Shown piece by piece: positions 19,071 to 29,707 of a DNA stretch of 64,000 bases; within the stretch, counting starts at the first letter, position 1; the number at the start of each line of letters is the position of its first letter. Origin of the DNA: Candidatus Daviesbacteria bacterium (GTDB lineage: Bacteria > Patescibacteriota > Microgenomatia > Daviesbacterales > UBA10151). The notes below the pieces were generated by a model. That model saw only the letters and a list, made by a program, of their open reading frames with translations, did no database searches and was not told the DNA's origin. The stretch lies in NCBI GenBank assembly GCA_016187025.1, contig JACPKM010000001.1, positions 171,188 to 235,187 of the forward strand. Direction: 5' to 3'. The position numbers and the translations under genes were made by a program.

Positions 19071-20335
19071 TGCTCAGGCGTTTTGAAAAGATTCTACTTT
19101 TTCTGATCACACTATTTCTTCCTACACAACTGGGTAAGCACTTTTGGCCTGAGTTTAGTCAAATCCACTCACTGCATATAGATTATCTATCCCCTACTAT
19201 TTATTTTTGGGATCTTTTGGTAATAGCATTAATATTTATTTTTCTTCTCCAAAGGAAAAAAATTAATAAATGGGCTTTAAACCTCTTCTTGCTTTTTATT
19301 CTGGCTCAAGTAATGTCTTTGGTTCAAATAATTTGGAACAAAGAGGTTAACTTAGGAGCTGGGTTGGCAAGGCTTGAGCAATATTTGATTGCTGGTTTTT
19401 TTGGCGTTTATATTGCATCCAAAAATATACAAAAGATAAGCGGGTTGCTATTTTGGTCCCTTAGCTTTTCGCTGATTTTACAATCGCTTTTGGCACTGGG
19501 ACAGTTTTACTTCAAAGCAGATTTAGGGATGTGGTTTTTGGGTGAAAGGGGGTTTAATATTACTACTCCTGCAATTGCAAAATTTGATTTTTATGGGCAG
19601 GAATTTTTACGTCCCTACGCAACATTTCCCCACCCAAATGTTTTGGCAGGCTTTATGGTGGTGATACTGCCTATATTGTTGCTAGTTAATGGGTTGGCAA
19701 ATAAACATAGTTTTTATCTAAAAAAATTAAGCGTCTATACCTTAGCTTCTTTGGCAATGATGCTGTCTGGTCTTGTAATCTTTCTGACTGTTTCTAGGGT
19801 GGCCTTAGTTTGTTTTCTAATTATGGGACTTGTAGTGCTGAGAAAAGCAGGACTAATTTTACTGGGTTTATCATCACTTTTTTTCCTACCTGTTTTCATT
19901 GAAAGGTTTACAACAATTTTTACATTTGACAATTTATCGCTGCTCCGCCGGGAGGAGCTGGCAAATATTTCCTTAGAGCTTTTTAAAAAGAGTGTGCTTT
20001 GGGGGGTTGGGCTAAACAATTTTATTCCTATGGCAGCTGATAGTTTACTGGTTGGGCCAAGTAGATTTTTACAACCTGCCCACAACATTTATTTATTGAC
20101 CCTTGCTGAGACTGGTTTGATTGGATTTCTTGGGCTGTTTTGCTTAATTGTTTTGCCTATCTTTAAACTTACTAGGCCCTTTTTCAAGCCTAAATCTTTT
20201 CTAATTGCCTCCTGGGTAATTTTGCTTTTTTTGGGGTTATTTGACCATTACTTTTTAACTCTTCAGCAAGGCTATCGTCTAATGTTTTTGTTATGGGGAA
20301 TCTCTTTTGCCGTGTTAGAATACCAGAGTGTATAA
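19070..20335 (+). CDS. O-antigen ligase/polymerase family membrane protein
   Basis: RPYATFPHPNVLAG, LTVSR, WGVGLNNF, PAHNIYLLTLAETGLIG. Confidence 0.85.
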   Translation: MLRRFEKILLFLITLFLPTQLGKHFWPEFSQIHSLHIDYLSPTIYFWDLLVIALIFIFLLQRKKINKWALNLFLLFILAQVMSLVQIIWNKEVNLGAGLARLEQYLIAGFFGVYIASKNIQKISGLLFWSLSFSLILQSLLALGQFYFKADLGMWFLGERGFNITTPAIAKFDFYGQEFLRPYATFPHPNVLAGFMVVILPILLLVNGLANKHSFYLKKLSVYTLASLAMMLSGLVIFLTVSRVALVCFLIMGLVVLRKAGLILLGLSSLFFLPVFIERFTTIFTFDNLSLLRREELANISLELFKKSVLWGVGLNNFIPMAADSLLVGPSRFLQPAHNIYLLTLAETGLIGFLGLFCLIVLPIFKLTRPFFKPKSFLIASWVILLFLGLFDHYFLTLQQGYRLMFLLWGISFAVLEYQSV

Positions 20336-21590
20336 GTTAGTTAAAATCACTCAGCAAACGCTTTGGCAACTAGTTGGTAAAGCGGTTACATCCTTCTCTA
20401 CTCTGCTTATTTTAAGTTTTATTACAAGATTTTACGGTGAAGTTGGCACAGGAGTATTAACCCTTGTTCTTGCTTATCTTGGTTTTTTTACTATAGCAGT
20501 TGATTTGGGTTTTAATGCCTATCTAATGCCTCAACTGCTGGAAAATTATCAGCTTGTTTGGAGAAAGCTATTTGGCTTGAGAATTTTAGTTGCAGTATTT
20601 TTAGCAGTTATTGCCATCTTTGGTATTTTTTTCTTTCCCAATTATGACCCATTGGTTTACCAGCTGGTTTTAATCGGAGCAGCAGGTGCACTAGCTCAAC
20701 CGGCTTTTTTTATAACCGCCAATGCCATCTTTCAATCTAAACTAAGGTATGACCTGTCTATTATTTCGTCTTCTCTTGGATCACTGGTAACTTTAATTTT
20801 AGTTATCTTAGTAGTTTATAACAGGTTACCTTTGCAATTTGTAATGGCGGGTTATTTGCTTGGCTGGATTATAACAGCTTTTATTGCCTTAATACTTGCT
20901 GGTAAATTTATCCACCAGCTATCTCCTGTTTTTGACCCAAATTTTATTAAAAGGGTTTTTAAGGGTGCATGGCCAATTGCTTTAACCTTACTTTTGAATG
21001 TATTCTATTTTAGAGCGGATATATTTTTACTTTCTTTTTTAAAGCCAATTGGTGATGTAGGTATATATAATCTTTCTTATTCAATATTTCAATCAGCTTT
21101 AGTTTTGCCCACCTTTATTATGAATGGATACTATCCGTTGATGATTCAAAGTTTTAAAATGGGCAAAACCGCCTTTTTCGGGCAGTTAAAACAAGCAAGC
21201 TTAGGTATGCTGGGACTGGGTGTGTTGGGAATACTTGCCACTTTTGTATTGGGAAGTTTTATTATATTTGCTATTACGGGCGGAACGGGTTTTCTGGGAG
21301 CAGCTGAATCCTTAAAAATATTATCTTTGGGCTATCCGGCTTATTTTATGTCAGCTTTACTGATGTGGACTCTGGTGGTAATAAAAAAGTATAAGGCAAT
21401 GGTATTTATTTACCTAATTGGTTTGGTTTTTAATGTTTGCATAAACATTATTTTTATCCCTCTCTACTCATTTATTGCTACTTCCTGGATTACCGGGCTT
21501 TCTGAATACCTTGTACTTGCGCTGCAAATAATAGCTTTAGCATTGGTTTCTAAACGATCCTGGATTGTGGACAAAAAGGCTGTGATTTAG
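20328..21590 (+). CDS. Wzx-like oligosaccharide flippase
   Basis: About 12 TMs, DLG motif, RADIFLLS..VGIYNLSY. Confidence 0.8.
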   Translation: MYKLVKITQQTLWQLVGKAVTSFSTLLILSFITRFYGEVGTGVLTLVLAYLGFFTIAVDLGFNAYLMPQLLENYQLVWRKLFGLRILVAVFLAVIAIFGIFFFPNYDPLVYQLVLIGAAGALAQPAFFITANAIFQSKLRYDLSIISSSLGSLVTLILVILVVYNRLPLQFVMAGYLLGWIITAFIALILAGKFIHQLSPVFDPNFIKRVFKGAWPIALTLLLNVFYFRADIFLLSFLKPIGDVGIYNLSYSIFQSALVLPTFIMNGYYPLMIQSFKMGKTAFFGQLKQASLGMLGLGVLGILATFVLGSFIIFAITGGTGFLGAAESLKILSLGYPAYFMSALLMWTLVVIKKYKAMVFIYLIGLVFNVCINIIFIPLYSFIATSWITGLSEYLVLALQIIALALVSKRSWIVDKKAVI

Positions 21591-21603
21591 GTATACTGCC
21601 CAC

Positions 21604-22020
21604 ATGGAACTTAGGCTCTTTACAGACGGTGCCTCACGAGGTAATCCTGGTCAGGCCTCCTACGGTTATTTGATATTAGATGAAAAAAACCAAGTAATTC
21701 ACCAGGAGGGAAAAAGCTTGGGAATTGCTACTAACAATTTTGCCGAGTATTCAGGAGTGCTGTCTGCCCTATCTTTTGTAAAAGAAAAGATTTTCAGTGG
21801 CGAAAGCCTAGATATATTAATAAGCGCTGATTCAAAGCTAGTGGTAGAACAGCTATCGGGAAGATTTAAAATAAAGTCAGAGAGCTTAAAGCCCCTAATA
21901 CGAGAAATTAAGTTACTAGAACAGCTTCTGGGAAGGATTAAATATATACATATTCCAAGGGAAAAAAACAAGCAAGCAGATGCTTTGGCAAATAAAGCCC
22001 TCGACTCACTTTACCCATAG
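21604..22020 (+). CDS. rnhA: Ribonuclease HI
   Basis: FTDGASRGNPG, TNNFAEY, DSKLVVEQ, HIPREKNKQADALAN. Confidence 0.9.
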   Translation: MELRLFTDGASRGNPGQASYGYLILDEKNQVIHQEGKSLGIATNNFAEYSGVLSALSFVKEKIFSGESLDILISADSKLVVEQLSGRFKIKSESLKPLIREIKLLEQLLGRIKYIHIPREKNKQADALANKALDSLYP

Positions 22021-22096
22021 AATGATTTACCGAAAGGCATATTAAGATATCTTTGCTCTCTCTTGAATTTGATTTCTTTTCTGGTACGATTTACCC

Positions 22097-24988
22097 GTGG
22101 GGGAAATTAACGATTCGCGTATTAAACTAGATAGCAATACCTTTTCGCGCAACACTCCTATTGCCTTAGTCGTGGGCGCGGCAGGTTTTTTGGGTTCTTT
22201 TTTGGTTGAGGAACTACTGAAAAAAAATATTCAGGTGCTGGGAGTAGATAATTTATCAACAGGCAAAAGAGCTAATTTAGAAAAGGCTTCAAAAAATAGA
22301 AACTTTCATTTAGTAATTTCATCAGCTGAAGGATTTAATCCTGATTTACCCCGACTTGATTATCTATTTATAGTGGCAGAAAAAGACTGGGATATTACAA
22401 ATATATTAGATATTTTTAGGCAGTTTTCTTGTAAGCTTGTTTTTGTTTCTTCAATAGATTTATATGACAGAAGCCTATCCGAGTCTGATAACTGGTTTGT
22501 CCAGGCAGAGAAAAGAATTGCAAAATTTGCAGCAGAGCATAATTTAAATGCAAGAATTGTCAGATTGTCTGCTGTCTATGGGCCAAGAATGCATTTTAGA
22601 ACTTCAGATCCTGTTGCAAGGCTAATACAGGCCGCTTTAAAAGGTGGTCTGCAAAAAGAGTCAACAGCCTTGGAGTTTTCCGCTAGAGCATTATATGTCA
22701 ATGATGCCATAGATTTAGTAATTAAAAGTATGCTGGTTGGAGCAACAGCCCAGAAGATCTTTGACGGTGCGCTTTTAAGCCCCGTTAAGGTTACTGAACT
22801 AAAGCAGGTATTACTTGATCCGGTTTGGTATGAGAGCAAGGGTTTTACTCCCTCTGATCTGCCTCCTTGGCCAACTCCAAATTTGGAAAAAACCGTTAAG
22901 CATCTATCATGGAAACCAACTCAAGATCTATTAGAGGGATTCAAGGAAACAATCAGTTATTTTAAAGACAATGAAATAGAAATCCCGGCCTTGGAAGATG
23001 ATGAGAAAAAATACATGCAAAAGTATAATATATTGCCCCAAAAGCAGGCAGAGGAGCGGGGGAATGAGCAGGAACAAAAAGTAGAGGTAGAAAAAGGCGG
23101 AGGTTTAGACCAGGGCAGGGAAAAAAGGAGGAGGTTTAAGAGAAGGTTAAGGTCGGCAAGTGCGTTTTTGATAATTTTTAGTCTAATCTTTTATTCGCTT
23201 ATCTGGCCGGTAGCAAGTCTTGGCTGGGGTGTACTAACATTCAGAGTCCAGCTTGGAAAAGCAGCAGATAATCTAAAAAAGGGTAGTTTTGACAAAAGTA
23301 TAAAAGATATAGATGTGGCAAAAGAGGGGGTTGAGCAAGTAGAGTTGTTTATAAGATTACTTGAACCTATTGAAAAAGGCGGATTTTTCAAAAGTGAATT
23401 TTCAACAGCCAGCCAAACTCTGGATTTGGCCAAACTGTCAGTGGATGCTTCAAAACACACAGTGAATGGTATCTCCAGCCTTTATCAGGGATTAAAAGAG
23501 GTAACAGGGGAGTCGGTTAATTCTCCTAAGGGATCTTTTGAAAACGCCCAGTTAGAGCTAGCTGCAGCAGATGAGCAGTTTTCAATGGTTGAGGCGTTGA
23601 TTGACTCAAAGGATTATAAAAATAGCCTGCCGCCCTTTTTTCAAGATAGAGTTGAAAGTTTGAAAACAAGGATAGACAACTACTCAGAGCTAGTAAGAAA
23701 AGCAAGGGCAGCTGCATTTATACTGCCACAACTCATAGCCTTAGAGGGTAAAAAAGACTACTTGGTGATTTTGCAAAACAACAATGAACTGCGTGCAACA
23801 GGAGGATTTATTGGTTCGTTTGCCAAAGTTGCCTTTGAGAGAGGTAAGCTCAAAAAGTTTGAGGTGCAGGATGTCTATGCGATTGACGGTCAGCTAAAGA
23901 TACATGTTGAACCACCAAAAGAGATAAAAGAAGACCTGTCATTAAAAGATTGGTTTTTAAGGGATGCCAATTGGGAGCCGGATTTTCCCACCTCTGCAAG
24001 ACAGATTGCCTGGTTTTATAACAGAGAAACGGGGGAAAGGGTAGAAGGCGTGATAGCATTGGATATATCGGCGGTTGAAAATCTATTAACCGTGGTGGGG
24101 GAGCTTGATTTACCAGATTATAAAGAAAAGATCACCTCAGAAAATCTTTTCTCAAAATCAATCACTTACTCGGAAGCCAATTTCTTCCCAGGATCTCAAG
24201 CCAAAAAGAGTTTTTTAGGAAGTTTGGCAAATCAGCTGTTTAATAAGCTTTTTTTCTTGCCAAACCAAAACTGGCCAGGGATTGTTAGTGCTCTTGGAAA
24301 ATCCATGGAAGAAAAACACCTGATGGTATATTTGGAATCACCCCAACTTTTTTCCTATCTTGCTTCACAAAGCTGGGCTGGGATATTACCTAGAGCAACA
24401 GATGATATAGAGGGTGTGTATAGTGATCTCATTTTTCCCATAGAATCAAACTTTGGAGTAAATAAAGCAAACTACTATTTAGAAAGAAGCTACTTGTTGG
24501 ATACAACAATAGGTAAAGATGGACAAATCAGCCACCGGTTAAGAATTAAATATGTAAACCGCAGCCCCTCAGATACCTTTCCGGCAGGAGTTTATAAAAA
24601 TAGGTTTAGAATATATTTACCATTGGGTACAAAGTTAAACAGAGGCTTATGGGGAGAAGAAGATATAACAGATACCTTTAATGCTTTTGTTGACTATGGT
24701 AGAACAGGCTATTCTGTTTTGTTGCAGCTTGATCCAAAGCAGGAAAAAACCTTGGTTTTAGATTACGGGGTTCCCAGAAACCTGAGTTTTAAAAACGGAA
24801 AAGGGGAGTACATGCTAAATGTAATCAAGCAGCCAGGTACTTTAAATGATCCTTTTGAATGGAAAATGGCCTATCCGATTAATTACAATTTAACCTCTCA
24901 AAAAACCGGAGCAGTAAACCCGCAGGAGTTAATAATCTCTACTGATCTATCTACTGATAAGCTTTTCCAAGCTGAGTTTTCAAAATGA
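22097..24988 (+). CDS. NAD-dependent epimerase-like domain fused via TM to DUF4012 domain
   Basis: GAAGFLG, DNLSTG, VYGPRM; TM near aa 355-380; YLVILQNNNELRATGGFIGS, RDANWEPDFP, NKANYY. Confidence 0.75.
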   Translation: MGEINDSRIKLDSNTFSRNTPIALVVGAAGFLGSFLVEELLKKNIQVLGVDNLSTGKRANLEKASKNRNFHLVISSAEGFNPDLPRLDYLFIVAEKDWDITNILDIFRQFSCKLVFVSSIDLYDRSLSESDNWFVQAEKRIAKFAAEHNLNARIVRLSAVYGPRMHFRTSDPVARLIQAALKGGLQKESTALEFSARALYVNDAIDLVIKSMLVGATAQKIFDGALLSPVKVTELKQVLLDPVWYESKGFTPSDLPPWPTPNLEKTVKHLSWKPTQDLLEGFKETISYFKDNEIEIPALEDDEKKYMQKYNILPQKQAEERGNEQEQKVEVEKGGGLDQGREKRRRFKRRLRSASAFLIIFSLIFYSLIWPVASLGWGVLTFRVQLGKAADNLKKGSFDKSIKDIDVAKEGVEQVELFIRLLEPIEKGGFFKSEFSTASQTLDLAKLSVDASKHTVNGISSLYQGLKEVTGESVNSPKGSFENAQLELAAADEQFSMVEALIDSKDYKNSLPPFFQDRVESLKTRIDNYSELVRKARAAAFILPQLIALEGKKDYLVILQNNNELRATGGFIGSFAKVAFERGKLKKFEVQDVYAIDGQLKIHVEPPKEIKEDLSLKDWFLRDANWEPDFPTSARQIAWFYNRETGERVEGVIALDISAVENLLTVVGELDLPDYKEKITSENLFSKSITYSEANFFPGSQAKKSFLGSLANQLFNKLFFLPNQNWPGIVSALGKSMEEKHLMVYLESPQLFSYLASQSWAGILPRATDDIEGVYSDLIFPIESNFGVNKANYYLERSYLLDTTIGKDGQISHRLRIKYVNRSPSDTFPAGVYKNRFRIYLPLGTKLNRGLWGEEDITDTFNAFVDYGRTGYSVLLQLDPKQEKTLVLDYGVPRNLSFKNGKGEYMLNVIKQPGTLNDPFEWKMAYPINYNLTSQKTGAVNPQELIISTDLSTDKLFQAEFSK

Positions 24989-25074
24989 TTCTAGAATAAT
25001 TTAAAGCCACTTTGCTTGCCAACTGGTCCTAACTGTGTTAAATTACTAGAGTTAAAATTTAAAAAGCAGCAATT

Positions 25075-25836
25075 ATGACAAATGATAGAGTGGCTTTAAA
25101 AGCTGAAGAGCGGACAATTTTAGGGAAAAAAGTAAAAGCTTTAAGAAAAAATGGTAAGCTTCCAGGCCATGTATATGGCAAGGGAGTAGAAACCGAACAC
25201 GTAACAGTGGATACAAAAGAGTTTTTAAAAATTGCTTATCAAGCAGGGGAAACGGGATTGGTAGATTTAAGGATTGGCCAAGAAAAAATCCGTCCTGTGC
25301 TGATCAGAGAAATACAGACAGACCCAATATCAGGTAGTCCTGTTCATATTGATTTTTACCAGGTCAATTTAAAAGAAAAAGTGGTAGTGCCTGTTCCCTT
25401 GGTGCTAATTGGGCAAGAGCCGGAGAAAGTTCATTTAGGGGAGGCGATAGTACTGCAAACTCTTAATGAGGTTCAGGTGGAGGCATTACCTGCGGATTTA
25501 ATAGAGAAAATTGAAGTAAACATTGCAACGCTCAAAGAAATTGATGATGCTATATCAGTTGAGAACCTAAGCTACGATAGAAGCAAGTTGACCATACTGG
25601 CTGAACCTGAGTCAATTGTTGTAAAACTTGCGCCAGCAGTATCAGCCGCAATGGAACAGTTACTTGAAGAGCAGGCAGCTGAGGCTGCAGCAGCAACAGC
25701 AGTTGAAGGTGAGACCCCGGTAGAAGGTGAGGCAGCAGAGGGCGAGACTCCAGCTGAAGGGGAAGAACAGGCTCAAGCACGTGCGGAAGGTGAAGAAATC
25801 AAATCCGAAGAATCGCCTGAGGCATCCCAGGAGTAA
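25075..25836 (+). CDS. rplY: 50S ribosomal protein L25/Ctc with acidic tail
   Basis: LRKNGKLPGHVYG, HIDFYQV, VEALPADL. Confidence 0.93.
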   Translation: MTNDRVALKAEERTILGKKVKALRKNGKLPGHVYGKGVETEHVTVDTKEFLKIAYQAGETGLVDLRIGQEKIRPVLIREIQTDPISGSPVHIDFYQVNLKEKVVVPVPLVLIGQEPEKVHLGEAIVLQTLNEVQVEALPADLIEKIEVNIATLKEIDDAISVENLSYDRSKLTILAEPESIVVKLAPAVSAAMEQLLEEQAAEAAAATAVEGETPVEGEAAEGETPAEGEEQAQARAEGEEIKSEESPEASQE

Positions 25837-25943
25837 AATTTGACCCATTTTTTGGTAAAAATCAGTACGTTAAATCTGCGGAAAAAGTGCGGTAATTCGT
25901 GCGTAACGCCCTATATTGTGCGACGTAAAATTGGAATTTAGCC

Positions 25944-27710
25944 TCAAGTATCAATCCTATCCTTTTGTTCAAGAAAGTTTTTAAAAAGACCTGTTTTGCC
26001 GGCCAGTTCATGATATGCTCCCTCTTGCACGATTCTGCCTTTATCAAAAACTAAAATCCTGTCCATGTTTTTTAAAGTGGTTAGCCTATGGGCAATAGTT
26101 ATGATAGTTTTGTCTTTGAAGGCTCTTTCTATATTTTTCTGCACGATTGCCTCATTTGTGTTATCTAAGGCTGAGGTTGCTTCATCAAAGATTAAAAGCT
26201 TCGGGGATTTTAGAATAAGTCTTGCTAAGGCAACCCGCTGTCTCTGACCGCCTGACAGGTTATTACCTCCCTCCTGGATTATCCCGTCCAAGCCGCCTAG
26301 CCTTTTGGTTATTTCCTGATAGATATGGGCCATCCTACAAGCTTTAATAATCTGCTCTGAACTGACCTTTCTGTCTACCCCATATAAGATATTTTCCCTA
26401 AAAGTTCCTGCAAAGATATATGCTTTTTGAGGTATATAAGCCACCTTCTGAGCAATAACCTTACGGGAGATTTTCTTTAGATCATCGCCTAAGAACTCAA
26501 CCTCTCCTTGGTAGCTGTGTATAAGCCTTAGGATTACTCTTATTAAGGTGGTTTTGCCTCCACCTGAGGATGAAACGATCCCAATTTTTTCTCCCCTTTG
26601 TATACTAAGATTGATCTGATCAAGAACCTTGCGAGGGTTTGAAGGGTAAGCAAAGCTTAGGTTTTTTATCTTGAGTACGATGTTTTTTGTAGTGATATGT
26701 AAATTATCTGTTTTAAATGATTGGTCAGTAGGGGTTGTTACAAGCTCATGTAAATCATTTACATTAATAGAGCTTTCATGAGCCTGGTCCAATATCCGGT
26801 GGATCTCTCTTAAGGGATTCACTATACTTAAAAATAAAATTGAGTAAACTAAGATATCTCCTTGGCTGATTGCTCCAATCGAGGCATAGTAGATTGCCAG
26901 GGACACCACCAGGATATAAAAGATGCTTTCATTCAAAATTTTTCCTGCATCAAAAAGGGCCATAAAGAGATGGTGGCGGATCCCTTTAACCCTTAATTTT
27001 TCAGCAAACTGCTCTATTTTTGATACCTCTTCTTTATAGGTGTTAGCAACTCTAATTGTTTCTATTCCGGAGAGCATCTCTACCACTTTGCCGTCTATCT
27101 CTTCTTTACCGCGAAGAAGAAAAACTCGGACTCCTTTTTGAGAGGATATTTGCTTGGAAATAATAAACAATCCTGCTGGGATGACCAAAACCATCATTGA
27201 AGCAAGAAGGGGTTTTTGGCTCAAAGCTATAAACAAAGCTGCTACAGCAGAAAAAAATACCGGTAAAAACTCCATAAAGGTGAGTCTGATGAGTCGGATA
27301 AGCCCTTGAATGGAGCGGAAGATCCGCCCATGTAAGGATCCGATTTGATAAGAAGATAAAAACTCTATGTCAGTTTTTAAAAGCTGGTCAATAACCTTAA
27401 CAGTCTGTTTTTTATCAGTTTGGGTAATAACAGAATGAACTAGCTGTTTTCTAATAACTGTTAAAGCCTCTCTTGTGAGGATAATTACACTTACCAGGAT
27501 AATAAATGGCAGAGCAGACTCAAAATTGAAGCTGGTCTGTTTGGCGATTTGGTCTATAAACCTTCCCAGTATTACCGCCGGCAGGTTTGTTAAAATACCG
27601 GTAATAAGCATTAAAGAAGAGGCAATAACAAGATATAGCTTCTCGCCTTTGTCGAGCATATTCCAGCTTCTTTTGATGCCTACTAAAATGTCAGATGTCT
27701 CTTTTTCCAT
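25944..27710 (-). CDS. ABC exporter, fused permease/ATPase
   Basis: TM domain; Walker A SSGGGKTT, LSGGQRQR, IFDEATSALD, IAHRL. Confidence 0.9.
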   Translation of the reverse strand: MEKETSDILVGIKRSWNMLDKGEKLYLVIASSLMLITGILTNLPAVILGRFIDQIAKQTSFNFESALPFIILVSVIILTREALTVIRKQLVHSVITQTDKKQTVKVIDQLLKTDIEFLSSYQIGSLHGRIFRSIQGLIRLIRLTFMEFLPVFFSAVAALFIALSQKPLLASMMVLVIPAGLFIISKQISSQKGVRVFLLRGKEEIDGKVVEMLSGIETIRVANTYKEEVSKIEQFAEKLRVKGIRHHLFMALFDAGKILNESIFYILVVSLAIYYASIGAISQGDILVYSILFLSIVNPLREIHRILDQAHESSINVNDLHELVTTPTDQSFKTDNLHITTKNIVLKIKNLSFAYPSNPRKVLDQINLSIQRGEKIGIVSSSGGGKTTLIRVILRLIHSYQGEVEFLGDDLKKISRKVIAQKVAYIPQKAYIFAGTFRENILYGVDRKVSSEQIIKACRMAHIYQEITKRLGGLDGIIQEGGNNLSGGQRQRVALARLILKSPKLLIFDEATSALDNTNEAIVQKNIERAFKDKTIITIAHRLTTLKNMDRILVFDKGRIVQEGAYHELAGKTGLFKNFLEQKDRIDT

Positions 27711-27763
27711 CCAATAAATTCTACCAGATTTGCATTTAAATTATTAAAAGTTACAATTAAGGT

Positions 27764-28257
27764 ATGAAATACAAAGATTTTATAACAAGCTTTGTCAGAC
27801 AGTGGAATTTTACCAGAGGTGAGAGTGTGGAGATTTTAGAATTTTGGATGATAAGCAACTATTATTTAAGCCAGAGGGTAGTAAGTGGCAGGATCTGGCT
27901 TTCCAATTTGGATGTATGGCTCAAACCCAGATGGTTTATGCAAAAGCTATAGAGCAGGGGAAGATGGATTATTCCTGGTTTAGGAATGAGGAGTTTATTG
28001 ACCGCTCCCAGCTCAAAACAATAAAAGAGCTAATGGATTATCTAATGAAAGCTAATAAGAAATGGGTGGACGTTATAAGAAAAAGAAGGGAAGATGAAGA
28101 TTTTAAAATCAAATGGCCGGGTGCAAATTTAAATTTACCAAACCACATCACAGCTTTAATCTCCCATGAGAGATTACACCATGGGCAAATTATTTCATAT
28201 TCAACGCTGGCTGGGTTTATACTTCCTAAGGGATTTAAATCCAACTGGGCTCTATAA
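27764..28257 (+). pseudogene. DinB-family protein, frameshifted near 27840
   Basis: MKYKDFITSFVRQWNFTRGESVEILE continues in another frame as LDDKQLLFKPEG..HERLHHGQI; genuine frameshift or assembly error. Confidence 0.65.
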
Positions 28258-28487
28258 CTTCATATTTTACCTACTCCTTGCGCATTTTTAGTGATCTTTT
28301 AACTAAAAAAGAGTAATCCCCTCTTTAAACGATAGAAATGCTATCTACATCTAGTGGGCAATGTAACCAGAATTCTTGCCTAAGAAATTAAACTGTATCC
28401 GGAAACAAGTACGGACTAAACTGCCTTAAATATATCTAGGTAAGGGGTACTTGACGGTGGTATCTTTTAAGAGTTTAATTTCTTTAT

Positions 28488-28772
28488 ATGGTTGAATTAA
28501 TACATAAGTCTCCAATTCAGGAATTTTTATGCGACCCTTCTTTTAAGGTAGGGGAAGACCCCTTAGATAATGATCCACTTGCCGCAATAGCAAATGATAG
28601 GGTTACGTCTTTTCTAGACAGGGAAATAGAATGGTTTAGAGAGGGGCTAAAACAAAGGCCACAGGAGTCATTTGGTGTAGACGGAATTAGTAGCTTTAAC
28701 TTGGCATGTATTGCCAGAGCAGTAGATTTGTATACGGAAACCTTAGAAGAACTTTATGACATATTTATTTAA
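28488..28772 (+). CDS. Hypothetical protein
   Basis: 94-aa ORF preceded by a TTGACG..TTTAAT promoter-like sequence. Confidence 0.55.
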   Translation: MVELIHKSPIQEFLCDPSFKVGEDPLDNDPLAAIANDRVTSFLDREIEWFREGLKQRPQESFGVDGISSFNLACIARAVDLYTETLEELYDIFI

Positions 28773-28784
28773 ACTGCCTGCTAT

Positions 28785-29018
28785 TTGGCAAGCATAACAC
28801 TTTCTAAAGATGAAATTTGTAATTTTTTGGAAGATTTACTGGCTGAGGAAGGGATAGTATTTGAGGATAAACCGCAGATGCAGCAGGCTTTAAATATTTT
28901 CAAGCAAGTTGGTATTAAGTTTACCGATTCAATAATTTTAACCCAGGTAGAAAAATTTAATCCGGATGAATTTTTAACTTTTGATGAGGATTTAGAGAAA
29001 TTATATAAAAGTATTTAG
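28785..29018 (+). pseudogene. 3' remnant of a PIN-domain (VapC) toxin
   Basis: IKFTDSII..FLTFDEDL are C-terminal PIN motifs; the N-terminal acidic motif is missing. Confidence 0.65.
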
Positions 29019-29098
29019 GATAAATATCAGTTAGGTCCTTGCACTAACCCTACAAATCTCTTATCCGTATTTTATTAATTACTGTTATATTTTTATAT

Positions 29099-29707
29099 AT
29101 GGCTGGTGTCCCAATAGAAGTTATAACGGGCGAATGGTTTAGTCCTTTTACGCAGGCCAGAAAATTAGAGCCAATTGATAATAAAGCCCTACTTACTAAG
29201 CCTGATGCTCTGCCGTTTCTTAACTCTGCCATAATTTTTAATGGAATTACAGGTAGGGTTGATATTAGCGTTGAAGCAGGTAGTTTAATAAATGATGGCG
29301 GAGATACCTTGCTGGGAAATTCAACGCCAATGGGGCCCGTGGATTTAAGAATTAGGATGGAAGACGGAGATGCTATGGTGGTAGAGGCGCCTGCTACACT
29401 TAGCACTAGGTTTGAGATTGGTTCTTTGGCTGAGTTTAGATTATTAAAAGGTCACCAAGCTGAAGTAGATTTTGGTGGAAAAGTTTATGGATTAAATATA
29501 ACCGACAGAGAAGAAGACGATCAGGATGCTAAAAGATCTTTACGACAAAGAGAAAGGATAACTGTTTATAGTGAATACGAATTCACTGACGAAGAGGGTG
29601 ATGAATCAATCGTTTGGTTACCTGCTGGTTTAGACAATCCTGCTCAAACATTGGCTGTGTTTCAAAGGATTAGAATGAGGCTTGTTGAACAAGAGATTTT
29701 ATCTTAA
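29099..29707 (+). CDS. Hypothetical protein
   Basis: 202-aa ORF, beta-rich N-half, acidic C-half. Confidence 0.6.
   Translation: MAGVPIEVITGEWFSPFTQARKLEPIDNKALLTKPDALPFLNSAIIFNGITGRVDISVEAGSLINDGGDTLLGNSTPMGPVDLRIRMEDGDAMVVEAPATLSTRFEIGSLAEFRLLKGHQAEVDFGGKVYGLNITDREEDDQDAKRSLRQRERITVYSEYEFTDEEGDESIVWLPAGLDNPAQTLAVFQRIRMRLVEQEILS

Noticed and set aside
25670-25800. Repeats in the rplY 3' end (EGETP/EGEAA)
   Set aside because: Ordinary low-complexity acidic tail of L25/Ctc proteins
28417-28779. 10-bp direct repeat TAAACTGCCT flanking the 28488 orphan as a target-site duplication
   Set aside because: Too short to exclude chance in AT-rich DNA; no terminal inverted repeats
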